A stretch of 64,000 nt of DNA, from the NCBI GenBank assembly GCA_937871935.1, contig CALMQI010000096.1:1397-65396 (forward strand), given 5' to 3'. This document shows, one piece after another, positions 18,297 to 26,348 of the stretch. The stretch's first letter is position 1. The number at the start of each line of letters is the position of its first letter. The notes under the pieces are model-generated. The model saw only the letters and a list, made by a program, of their open reading frames with translations, was not told where the DNA came from and searched no databases. This DNA is from an uncultured Burkholderiales bacterium (lineage in GTDB: Bacteria > Pseudomonadota > Gammaproteobacteria > Burkholderiales > Burkholderiaceae_C). The translations under genes were made by a program, and so were the position numbers.

Positions 18297-19794
18297 CGGA
18301 GGGCTGCGCCTCGGTCGTTGGGTGATCGGTGCCAGTGCCATCCTCGGCGCCACGCTGCTTGCCGGCCGGCTGACCGGGCTGCTGCGTGAGCTCGAGTTGG
18401 CGGCCCTGTTCGGGGTTTCGCGGCAGGGCGATCTGGCGGTTCTGTTGCTGACGCTGCCCGACCTGCTGGTCAATCTCTTGCTGTCAGGCGGCCTGAGCGC
18501 GGCCCTCGTGCCACGCCTGAAGGCACTGCCCAGGGACGATGCCATGCGGCTGTTCAGGCAGGCCGCCGCGTCGGTGCTGGCCGTCTTTGCAGCGGCCGCC
18601 GCTATCGTGCTGGTTTGGCCGAGTGGGTTCTTCGCCCTGCTGGCGCCGGGCCTACCGGCCGCCGCGTTGCCGGCGCTGGGCGTGCTCGCGATGACGGTTC
18701 TTGCCATACCGTTGACCGCCCTGTCTGGCGTGACGACGGCCCTGTTGAATGCGCACCAGCAGTTTCTGGTCGCAGGTTGCGGCACGCTGCTTTTCAATCT
18801 GATGGTGCTGACCGGGTTGTGGATCGGCCCCGGCACGGCCACGCCGTTGTTCTGGCTGGCCGCCGGCATCGCCGCCGGTGCCAGTCTGCGCCTGCTGTCG
18901 CAAGTGCTCGTGTTGCCCGGCGGCGCTTGGGCCGGGCCGACGCGGCCGTTGCATCCGGATCGCCCGTTCGTCAGGGCGTTCGCCGCGGCGGCAGGCGCCG
19001 CCTCGCTGATACTGCTGGTGCCGGTGCTCGTTCGCGCGATGGCCTCCACCGTGGGGCCGGGGTCGATCGCGACGCTCAATTACGCCTTCAAGCTGGTCGA
19101 ATTGCCGGCCGGTGTGCTGGTCGGCACGATCACCTCGGTCGCGTTGGTCCGATTGAGTGAGCACCATGGCGCCGCCGACACGGCCGGTGCCGCGCGCGAG
19201 CTCTGCACGGGGCTGCAACGCGCCTTCTTCAATGCCGCCGCGGTCTGCATGATCGGCCTCGTCTTCGTCGACTCGTTCGTCGGATTGCTGCTCGGCCGCG
19301 GTGCGATGGGCGCCGACGACCTGAGCCGCGTGACGACGCTGACCCGCATCGTGCTCGTCGGGCTGCCCTTCGGGGCGATCGCGGGCATGGTCATGGCCGA
19401 CCTCAATGCCCGCCAGCGGCCACAGGTCGTGATGCGGGTCACCGCGGGCTGCCTGATGTCGTTGCCCCTGCTGGCACTGCCCGGCCTGCTGCGTGATTCG
19501 GAAGGCTGGCTGGCAGCCGCGGTGGTCGGATTCCAGGTCGCCCATGCAGCCTGGCTGAGCCGCGCTGCTGGCGTCGAAACCCTGGGCGACCGCGGGTGGC
19601 TGAACGGTAGAATGCGACGCTGTCTGCTCCTCGGCGCAGTCCTGGCCGGCGCCGTGTTCGTCATCGACCGTGGCCTGGGCCTTGAGCATGACGCAGCCCG
19701 TGTGGTTCTGGCTCTGATCGGCTTGCTGGCAACGTTGACCTTGTCGCAGCGATTGCTCGGCGCGACGCGTGGCGGACTTCGCAACCGACCATGA
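18280..19794 (+). CDS. murJ: MurJ/MviN-family flippase paralogue
   Basis: ~504 aa, multi-TM. The N-terminus GRLTGLLRELELAALFGVSRQGDLAVLLLTLPDLLVNLLLSGGLSAALVPRL is the MurJ signature region. The start (GTG 18280 or 18289) overlaps the upstream stop. Confidence 0.7.
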   Translation: MKFVHDGGLRLGRWVIGASAILGATLLAGRLTGLLRELELAALFGVSRQGDLAVLLLTLPDLLVNLLLSGGLSAALVPRLKALPRDDAMRLFRQAAASVLAVFAAAAAIVLVWPSGFFALLAPGLPAAALPALGVLAMTVLAIPLTALSGVTTALLNAHQQFLVAGCGTLLFNLMVLTGLWIGPGTATPLFWLAAGIAAGASLRLLSQVLVLPGGAWAGPTRPLHPDRPFVRAFAAAAGAASLILLVPVLVRAMASTVGPGSIATLNYAFKLVELPAGVLVGTITSVALVRLSEHHGAADTAGAARELCTGLQRAFFNAAAVCMIGLVFVDSFVGLLLGRGAMGADDLSRVTTLTRIVLVGLPFGAIAGMVMADLNARQRPQVVMRVTAGCLMSLPLLALPGLLRDSEGWLAAAVVGFQVAHAAWLSRAAGVETLGDRGWLNGRMRRCLLLGAVLAGAVFVIDRGLGLEHDAARVVLALIGLLATLTLSQRLLGATRGGLRNRP

Positions 19795-20345
19795 AACGCG
19801 CCATCGACATCTTTCTCGCGCTGGTGACACTCGTCCTGATGTCGCCGGTGTTGATCTGGATCGCCCTGGCGATCCGGCTGCACGATGGCGGCCCGAGCGT
19901 GTTCGGGCAGATCCGGGTCGGCCGCGGAGGGCGCGAGTTCCGTATGCTCAAGTTTCGCAGCATGGTGGTCGACGCCGAGCGCCTGGGCGGCCACTCGACG
20001 GCCGAGGGCGACCCGCGCATCACGCGGATCGGGCGCTTCATCCGACGCACCAGCCTCGACGAGTTGCCGCAGGTGTTCAACGTGCTGGCCGGCGACATGA
20101 GCATCGTCGGTCCGCGACCGGATGTGCCTGCGCAGCGGGCCCTCTACACCGAGTCGGAGTGGTTGCTGCGGCATCGGGTGCGGCCCGGCATCACCGGGCT
20201 GGCCCAGGCCACCGTGCGTTCGGAGGCGACGCCCGAGCAGCGCAAGTCGCTCGACCTTGAGTACGCCCGCGAGGCATCACTGCAGCTCGATCTGAAGATC
20301 ATCGGCCTGACCTTCCGGCAGATCGTGTCGAAGGGAGGCCACTGA
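19791..20345 (+). CDS. small monotopic phosphoglycosyl transferase (Bac_transf, PglC/WbaP-C-terminal type)
   Basis: 184 aa: MKRAIDIFLALVTLVLMSPVLIWIALAIRLHDGGPSVFGQIRVG...KFRSM...DELPQVFNVLAGDMSIVGPRP. It has an ATGA overlap with the murJ-like gene. Confidence 0.85.
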   Translation: MKRAIDIFLALVTLVLMSPVLIWIALAIRLHDGGPSVFGQIRVGRGGREFRMLKFRSMVVDAERLGGHSTAEGDPRITRIGRFIRRTSLDELPQVFNVLAGDMSIVGPRPDVPAQRALYTESEWLLRHRVRPGITGLAQATVRSEATPEQRKSLDLEYAREASLQLDLKIIGLTFRQIVSKGGH

Positions 20346-22115
20346 GTGTGCGGCATCTTCGGCTACTTCCATCGTGACCGGCAGCCGCAGCCCGAGGCGG
20401 CGGCGCGGGCGATGGGCCAGGCCATTCGCCATCGCGGTCCGGACGATCAAGGGGTGTTCGTCGGCCCCGGCGTGACGCTCGGCAACCAGCGGCTGTCGAT
20501 CATCGATCTCGCGGGCGGGCACCAGCCCTTCGTCTCCGACGATGGCCGCATAGCGGTGGTGCAGAACGGCGAGATATTCAATCACGTGGAACTGGCGGCC
20601 GAGCTGGCGAGCGAGGGTGTGCGCTGCCGCACGCACTCCGACACCGAGGTCCTGCTGCGCCTGTACGAGTCGCAGGGCATCAGCTTCCTGAGCAGGCTGA
20701 ACGGCATGTTCGCGATTGCCATCTTCGACGCGCGCGAGGATGTGCTTTATCTCGCCCGGGACCGCATCGGCGTCAAGCCGCTGTACGTGCACGACCACGG
20801 CAGCCGCCTGCTCTTCGCCTCCGAGATCAAGTCGTTGTTGGCGGCCGGCATGGCGCGGCCCGCGCTCGACGAGCAGGCCTTGCATCACTACTTCAGCTTC
20901 AACTACGTGCCGGCGCCGCACACCATCTACCAAGGCGTTCGTCACCTGATGCCGGGCCACCTGATGAAGGTCACGCGCACGGGTGCGACGACGACGCCAT
21001 GGTGGGACCTGGCCGCGGTCGAACCGGTGCACGGACGCCGCGAGGCGGACTGGATCGAGGAATTCAATGCCATCCTCGATGACGCCGTGCGCTTGCGGCT
21101 GCGCTCGGACGTGCCGTTCGGCGCCTTTCTGTCGGGCGGTGTCGACTCCAGCACCATCGTGGGTCTGATGGCCCGCCACATGGACGAGCCGGTGAAGACC
21201 TTTTGCATCGGCTTTCACGACGAACGCTACGACGAGTCGTCGTTCGCCCAGCAGGCCGCGACACGCTTCGCCGCCCGCCACGTGATGGAACGCGTGGATC
21301 CCGACATGCTCGAGCTCTGGCCGCTGGCCACCTATCACTGCGACCAGCCGCATGGCGACATCTCGTTCCTGCCTACCTATCGGGTGTCGGAACTCGCGGT
21401 CCAGCACGTGAAGGTGGTGCTCACCGGCGACGGCGGGGACGAGCTGTTCGCCGGCTACGACAAGTATCGCGACTTCTTCGGCCGTCCCGGCGCCGCCGAA
21501 CTCGACGACGAGGCGTTCCGGCGCGCCTATTTCGACAGCATCTCGCTGTTTGGCGGGCCGGCCAAGGCCGCTCTGTACGGCCCGGCGCTGCGCGCGCGCC
21601 TCGCCGGACTCGACTCGTTCGACGTCGCGCGACCGTACTTAGAGGCGGTCGGGCACCAGGACCGCATCAACCAGGCGCTGTACGTCGACATGCAGCTCCT
21701 GCTGTCGGGCAACAACCTGGTCAAGCCCGATCGCATGGGCATGGCGGTGTCGCTGGAAGCGCGCACGCCCTTCCTGGACTACCGGATGATGGAGTTCGCC
21801 TTTCGCATGCCGGGCGCGCTGAAGCTGCGCGACGGCGAAACCAAGTACCTCTACAAGAAGGCCGTCGCACCGCTGATCGGCGAGCATCTGGCCTATCGAC
21901 GCAAGCAGATGTTCACGGTGCCGGTGGGAGAGTGGTTCCGCGACGGCAAGAGTGCCTACTGCGCCCTGCACCTTGAGGCGCTGCTGCGGCGCCTGCCGGA
22001 ACTGGCCGCGGAGCCGGTGCGTCAGCTGCTCGCCCGCCATCGCGGTGGACAGGCCAATCACACGCGCGAATTGCGCGCGCTCGTCTCGTTGGCGCACTGG
22101 CTGGACCGCTGCTGA
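20346..22115 (+). CDS. asnB: asparagine synthase (glutamine-hydrolysing) family amidotransferase, WbpS-like
   Basis: 589 aa. It has the N-terminal nucleophile MCGIFGYF and the PP-loop AFLSGGVDSS. Confidence 0.85.
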   Translation: MCGIFGYFHRDRQPQPEAAARAMGQAIRHRGPDDQGVFVGPGVTLGNQRLSIIDLAGGHQPFVSDDGRIAVVQNGEIFNHVELAAELASEGVRCRTHSDTEVLLRLYESQGISFLSRLNGMFAIAIFDAREDVLYLARDRIGVKPLYVHDHGSRLLFASEIKSLLAAGMARPALDEQALHHYFSFNYVPAPHTIYQGVRHLMPGHLMKVTRTGATTTPWWDLAAVEPVHGRREADWIEEFNAILDDAVRLRLRSDVPFGAFLSGGVDSSTIVGLMARHMDEPVKTFCIGFHDERYDESSFAQQAATRFAARHVMERVDPDMLELWPLATYHCDQPHGDISFLPTYRVSELAVQHVKVVLTGDGGDELFAGYDKYRDFFGRPGAAELDDEAFRRAYFDSISLFGGPAKAALYGPALRARLAGLDSFDVARPYLEAVGHQDRINQALYVDMQLLLSGNNLVKPDRMGMAVSLEARTPFLDYRMMEFAFRMPGALKLRDGETKYLYKKAVAPLIGEHLAYRRKQMFTVPVGEWFRDGKSAYCALHLEALLRRLPELAAEPVRQLLARHRGGQANHTRELRALVSLAHWLDRC

Positions 22116-22124
22116 TCGGCCGAC

Positions 22125-23012
22125 ATGGACGCCCTGCAGTATGTCGCCGCGCGTTTGTGGAGCTTCTATGCCGACCAGCCCATGGCATTGCTGCGGTCGT
22201 TGGCCATCGCCTGTGGACTGGTGCTGGCCGTAATGCTGCTCGAATTGGCCTTGGTCGGCTGGCAGCGGTCGTCGCTGCGCCGCCTGCTTCGCCTGTCGAA
22301 CAGCGCGCGCACCGATCTGCTCGCCTTCGTGCTGGTCGAGACTAGCCTGGGCCTGTTCATCGGCATGGCCATGCTGCTGGGCATGACCTACGGCCTGCAG
22401 CGCATGGCCGTCGCCGGAGGTGCCTGGGCCGGCAAGTTGACGCTGTCGTCGCAGATCCTCGCGCTGGTGCTGTACTTCGTCGTCATCGATTTCGCGAATT
22501 ACTGGACGCACCGCTTCTGCCACCGCGTGCCGACGTTGTGGGAGATCCACCGCTACCACCACAGTGCGCCCGAGATGACGGTGCTCACGGCCGCCCGCGA
22601 TCACCCGATGGAACGTGCGCTGTCGTCGGCAGTCGTAGCGTTTCCGGCAGCGGTGCTGGCGTTGCCGATGCAGGACTTTGCGGTCGTCCATCTGCTGGCA
22701 AAGACTGTGGGTCTGCTCAAGCACAGCAACCTGCACGCCAACTGGGGGCTCGTAGGCCGCTACCTGATCCAGTCGCCCGCCGCGCACTGGATTCACCACT
22801 CGACCGATCCCGCTCATCACAACAAGAACTTCGCCAGTCTGTTCCAGTTCTGGGACGTGCTGTTCGGCACCGCGATTCACCCATCGACGTCCGAAGCCGA
22901 ACGTGTGCGCCTGGGTGTCGACGGCGACAATGGACAAGCGCCGCCGTTCACCTACTTGCTGAAGGTCTTCGTCGCCAGCTGGCGACGTGCGTTCGGAGGG
23001 CCGGGTGCCTGA
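22125..23012 (+). CDS. fatty acid hydroxylase / sterol desaturase superfamily membrane di-iron oxygenase
   Basis: It has N-terminal TM helices and the histidine boxes HRFCH, HRYHH and HWIHH. Confidence 0.75.
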   Translation: MDALQYVAARLWSFYADQPMALLRSLAIACGLVLAVMLLELALVGWQRSSLRRLLRLSNSARTDLLAFVLVETSLGLFIGMAMLLGMTYGLQRMAVAGGAWAGKLTLSSQILALVLYFVVIDFANYWTHRFCHRVPTLWEIHRYHHSAPEMTVLTAARDHPMERALSSAVVAFPAAVLALPMQDFAVVHLLAKTVGLLKHSNLHANWGLVGRYLIQSPAAHWIHHSTDPAHHNKNFASLFQFWDVLFGTAIHPSTSEAERVRLGVDGDNGQAPPFTYLLKVFVASWRRAFGGPGA

Positions 23013-24057
23013 GCCGACCGCTGCCATCGACGCCGGTCGCTCGCGACTGCATGCGCTCGACCTCATGCGTGGGCTGTGTGCGCTCGGGGTCGCGACCTAC
23101 CACTTCAGCACCTGGAGTACCGCGGCTCTGCCGCCGGCGATGCAGGGCGTGCTGGCGATGTTCGGCACCTACGGTGTCTCCGTGTTCTTCATCCTCAGCG
23201 GCTATAGCCTCACCCATGCCTACGACCGATTCTTCGAGTCCGGTCTCACGCGCGCCAAGGTGCAGGCTTACTTTCAGCGCCGGCTCGGACGGCTGGGCCC
23301 GCTGTTTGCTGCGGCGGTCACGCTGTCGCTGGCCGGCAAGCTGCTGGTCTCGGGCCGGGACCTGGACGGCTTCGTCACCCTCGCCAACCTGTCGCTGCTG
23401 TTCGGCTTCGTGAGCCCGGCGGCCACTCCCGTGGTCGGCGGCTGGAGCATCGGTGTCGAAGTGGTGTTCTATGTCGTGTTTCCACTGCTGCTGCTGTTGC
23501 GCAACAAGGCGCACTACATCGTGGCGGCATCGGTCTTCATGGCCGCCTGGGTCGCGCGTGACCTGCAGTCGTTCGACACGCTGGCGCAGGGTTGGCAGCT
23601 CTACGTGCTGCCGGCCAACCATGCGGTGTTCTTTGCCGCGGGCGCCTACATGCGCGCCTTCGACACGCGGGTCGCGCACGTCGGCACGACGGCGCTCGCC
23701 GGCCTGTGCATGGCGCTGCTGGTCGTCATGGGCATGGCCGCGGCCGGCGCATCCGAACTGCAACTCGTCACGGGCTGGCGGCGGCTGGTGCTGGTCACCG
23801 CCTCGCTGGCCTTTGTCGGATTGGCCGCACGCCTGCCGCTGGAGAGCGTGGCCGCCCGCGTCGCCACGCTTTTCGGCGGGCTCAGTTATCCGCTGTACCT
23901 GATTCATCCGATCGTCTACTTCAGCGTCAGAGACCGCGTCGAGATGGCCGTGCCGGTCGTGCTGGCGCTGCTCGCGCTCACCATCGCACTGGCCATCATC
24001 ACCGATCGCTGGCTGGACACGCCGGTGCAAAGGCGCGTCAAGGCATTGGGCTGGTAA
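22987..24057 (+). CDS. acyltransferase family 3 (OafA/WecH-like membrane O-acyltransferase)
   Basis: Multi-TM. The N-terminal motif LHALDLMRGLCALGVATYHF is typical of Acyl_transf_3. The start is uncertain. Confidence 0.75.
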   Translation: MRSEGRVPEPTAAIDAGRSRLHALDLMRGLCALGVATYHFSTWSTAALPPAMQGVLAMFGTYGVSVFFILSGYSLTHAYDRFFESGLTRAKVQAYFQRRLGRLGPLFAAAVTLSLAGKLLVSGRDLDGFVTLANLSLLFGFVSPAATPVVGGWSIGVEVVFYVVFPLLLLLRNKAHYIVAASVFMAAWVARDLQSFDTLAQGWQLYVLPANHAVFFAAGAYMRAFDTRVAHVGTTALAGLCMALLVVMGMAAAGASELQLVTGWRRLVLVTASLAFVGLAARLPLESVAARVATLFGGLSYPLYLIHPIVYFSVRDRVEMAVPVVLALLALTIALAIITDRWLDTPVQRRVKALGW

Positions 24058-24058
24058 A

Positions 24059-25120
24059 GTGGGCATGCCTTCTGCACCGTCGCAGTACCTGGCGCTCGCC
24101 TTCGCGGACGTGCCGGGCCGGCGGCGCAGTCGCGTGGCCTGGACGGTCCTCGCCGGACTTGCCGTTGCGAGCTTGGCCGGCATGGTGCTGTACCGCGGCT
24201 TCCTGCCCGAACTTGAGCTTGCGGACGACGGCTTCCAGGCGCAACTCTTCTACATCGGCTCGCTGATCGGCGATGGCCGCATCGTCGATGCCGCGATGGA
24301 CAAGGCGCTGATCGCCGTGCACGCGGTCCGCCTCGCGGCAGCCGCGCCTTTGATGGCGGCGGAAACCCTGTTCGGTCCGATGGGATCGCTGGCGCTGCTG
24401 CTGCTGTTGCTGCTGCCGCTGGTCTACCGCTCGCTCGTGATGAGCGACCGGTGGTGGGCCCTCCTGCCGCTAGCGCTGCCCTTTGTGGTGAGCGGCCGCA
24501 GCGTGATGGTGGCGGCCGGCGTCGGCTACGTGATTCTGTTCTTGCTGCAGCCGAAGGCTCGCGCCTGGGCACTGTGGCTCGGCGTGTGGCTCGCCAACCT
24601 GAGTTCGGCCTCCGTGCTGACCTCGATCCTGCTGCTGGTGTTCGTCGCGCGGGCCGATCGCCGTTCAAGCTTGGCTCGACTGCACGGCGCCGGCGCGCTC
24701 GTGCTGCTGCTGCTGTCGTTCACCGCTTCACTGATCGACAAGCTGGATGGCTTCACCAGCGGCGACGCGGGCTACGAGGCGCACGCATTCGATTCCGAGA
24801 ATGTCGTGCTGGCCATTCTCAGCCGCGCGACGCTGCTGGTCAGCCTGACCGAGGGGCAGTACTTGCGGGCTGCCGTCTATCTGGCGATCGCCGTCTTCCT
24901 GGTGTTCAAGCTGGCGAGCCTGATGCGCGATCCGCGCGCTCGCCTCAGCCGCCGCGTGTTGCTGTGCTGCTTCTCCGGTGTGTTAATGGAGGGCCTGGGC
25001 CTGTTCGCGCTGTTCTTCCCACTCTTCTGGCTGCTGCTGGGACAGCGCCGGCGGCGGGCCGGGGCGACCGGCCTGCCGCCACCGACGCGCCCTGCGCCGC
25101 TCGGAGGACAGATTGGCTAG
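24059..25120 (+). CDS. polytopic membrane protein; candidate O-unit polymerase (Wzy) or Wzy_C-type ligase/oligosaccharyltransferase
   Basis: 353 aa with ~9 hydrophobic segments, and no recognisable catalytic motif by eye. The call rests only on context, as the only unassigned polytopic protein in the locus. Confidence 0.3.
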   Translation: MGMPSAPSQYLALAFADVPGRRRSRVAWTVLAGLAVASLAGMVLYRGFLPELELADDGFQAQLFYIGSLIGDGRIVDAAMDKALIAVHAVRLAAAAPLMAAETLFGPMGSLALLLLLLLPLVYRSLVMSDRWWALLPLALPFVVSGRSVMVAAGVGYVILFLLQPKARAWALWLGVWLANLSSASVLTSILLLVFVARADRRSSLARLHGAGALVLLLLSFTASLIDKLDGFTSGDAGYEAHAFDSENVVLAILSRATLLVSLTEGQYLRAAVYLAIAVFLVFKLASLMRDPRARLSRRVLLCCFSGVLMEGLGLFALFFPLFWLLLGQRRRRAGATGLPPPTRPAPLGGQIG

Positions 25121-26345
25121 CCTGTTCTTCGTCGCCTACGGTGGCGGGCACGTGGCCATGCTGCTGCCGGTGGCGCTGCAGGCACGACGGCGCGGTCATG
25201 ACGTGGTGTTTCTCGGCCTGACGACGGCCCGGGCGGCGCTGGCGCAGGCAGGCCTTCCCGTCCTCGGATTCGCCGACCTGTGGTCATTCGCGGCACCGCA
25301 GGCGCGGCGTTACGGTCGCGAGCTGGCCGGGCAGCTGCCTGCCGGCGGGACGATCGCGCACGAGGAAAGCGAGGCTTACCTGGGCCTGTCGTTCGCCGAT
25401 CTGGTGGCCGAGCGCGGCGAGCCGGCCGCCCGCGACGCCTATACCCGGCAAGGCCGCCATGCGTTCCTGCCCGTTGCCCTGCTGCAGCGTGTGCTGCAAC
25501 ACCACCGTCCCGACGTCGTGATTGCGACGAACTCGCCGCGGTCCGAGCAGGCCGCCCTGGTTGCCGCGGGCCGCCTCGGCCTGCGCAGCGTGTGCGCCGT
25601 CGACCTGTTCGCGCTGCAAGAGGTGCGCTGGATCGGTCAACCCGGCTATGCCGATCGCGTGTGCGTGCTGAACGACGCCGTGCGCGCGATGTTGCTCGAG
25701 CACGGGCGACGCGACGACGAGGTCGTCGTCACCGGCAATCCCGCCTTCGATGCCTTGCTCGATCCGGCCGTCGTGCGGGCGGGCCGGCAGTTGCGGCACG
25801 ATCGTGGCTGGGACGACGGTCGCTGCAACCTGCTGTGGGCCTCGCAAGTCGAGCCGGCGCGGCACCCCTTCAATGGCGAACCCGGGGACCCCTCGTTGCC
25901 GCGGCGCATCGAGCAGTCGCTGCGCCACGCGGTCGGCGCGCGTGATGATCTGCGTCTGGTGGTGCGCTATCACCCGAGTGAGCGTGAGACCTTCGTGTCC
26001 GCGCCCCGGGTCGAGCACAGTCCCCCCGTCGAACCGCTGGCCCACCTGCTGCATGCCGTGGACCTGGTCGTTGTGACGGCCTCGACGGTCGGCCTGGAGG
26101 CCCACATCGCGGGTCGGCCGGTCTTGTCGATAAACTGCTCGGTTTTCACCGCCGACGCGCCCTACTCGAAGATGGCGATCTCGACGGGTGTGGACAGCGT
26201 CGAGGCGCTGCCCGCGGCGCTGCTCGAGGCCGTGGCCCGGCAGCGCCTGGCCTCGGCGGCGCCCGCCACCGACGCCACGGGCGGCGGCGCCGCGACCGGG
26301 CGCGTGCTGCGAGTGATCGAAACCCTGTTGCCTGCTGGAGCCTGA
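25113..26345 (+). CDS. GT-B-like (two Rossmann halves) protein of unassigned family; candidate glycosyltransferase
   Basis: TTG start at 25113, preceded by GGAGGA at 25103-25108. The N-terminus LFFVAYGGGHVAMLLPVA resembles the glycine-rich loop of MurG/epimerase-type GT-B proteins. It sits directly upstream of the nonulosonic-acid module. Confidence 0.35.
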   Translation: MASLFFVAYGGGHVAMLLPVALQARRRGHDVVFLGLTTARAALAQAGLPVLGFADLWSFAAPQARRYGRELAGQLPAGGTIAHEESEAYLGLSFADLVAERGEPAARDAYTRQGRHAFLPVALLQRVLQHHRPDVVIATNSPRSEQAALVAAGRLGLRSVCAVDLFALQEVRWIGQPGYADRVCVLNDAVRAMLLEHGRRDDEVVVTGNPAFDALLDPAVVRAGRQLRHDRGWDDGRCNLLWASQVEPARHPFNGEPGDPSLPRRIEQSLRHAVGARDDLRLVVRYHPSERETFVSAPRVEHSPPVEPLAHLLHAVDLVVVTASTVGLEAHIAGRPVLSINCSVFTADAPYSKMAISTGVDSVEALPAALLEAVARQRLASAAPATDATGGGAATGRVLRVIETLLPAGA

Positions 26346-26348
26346 TTT

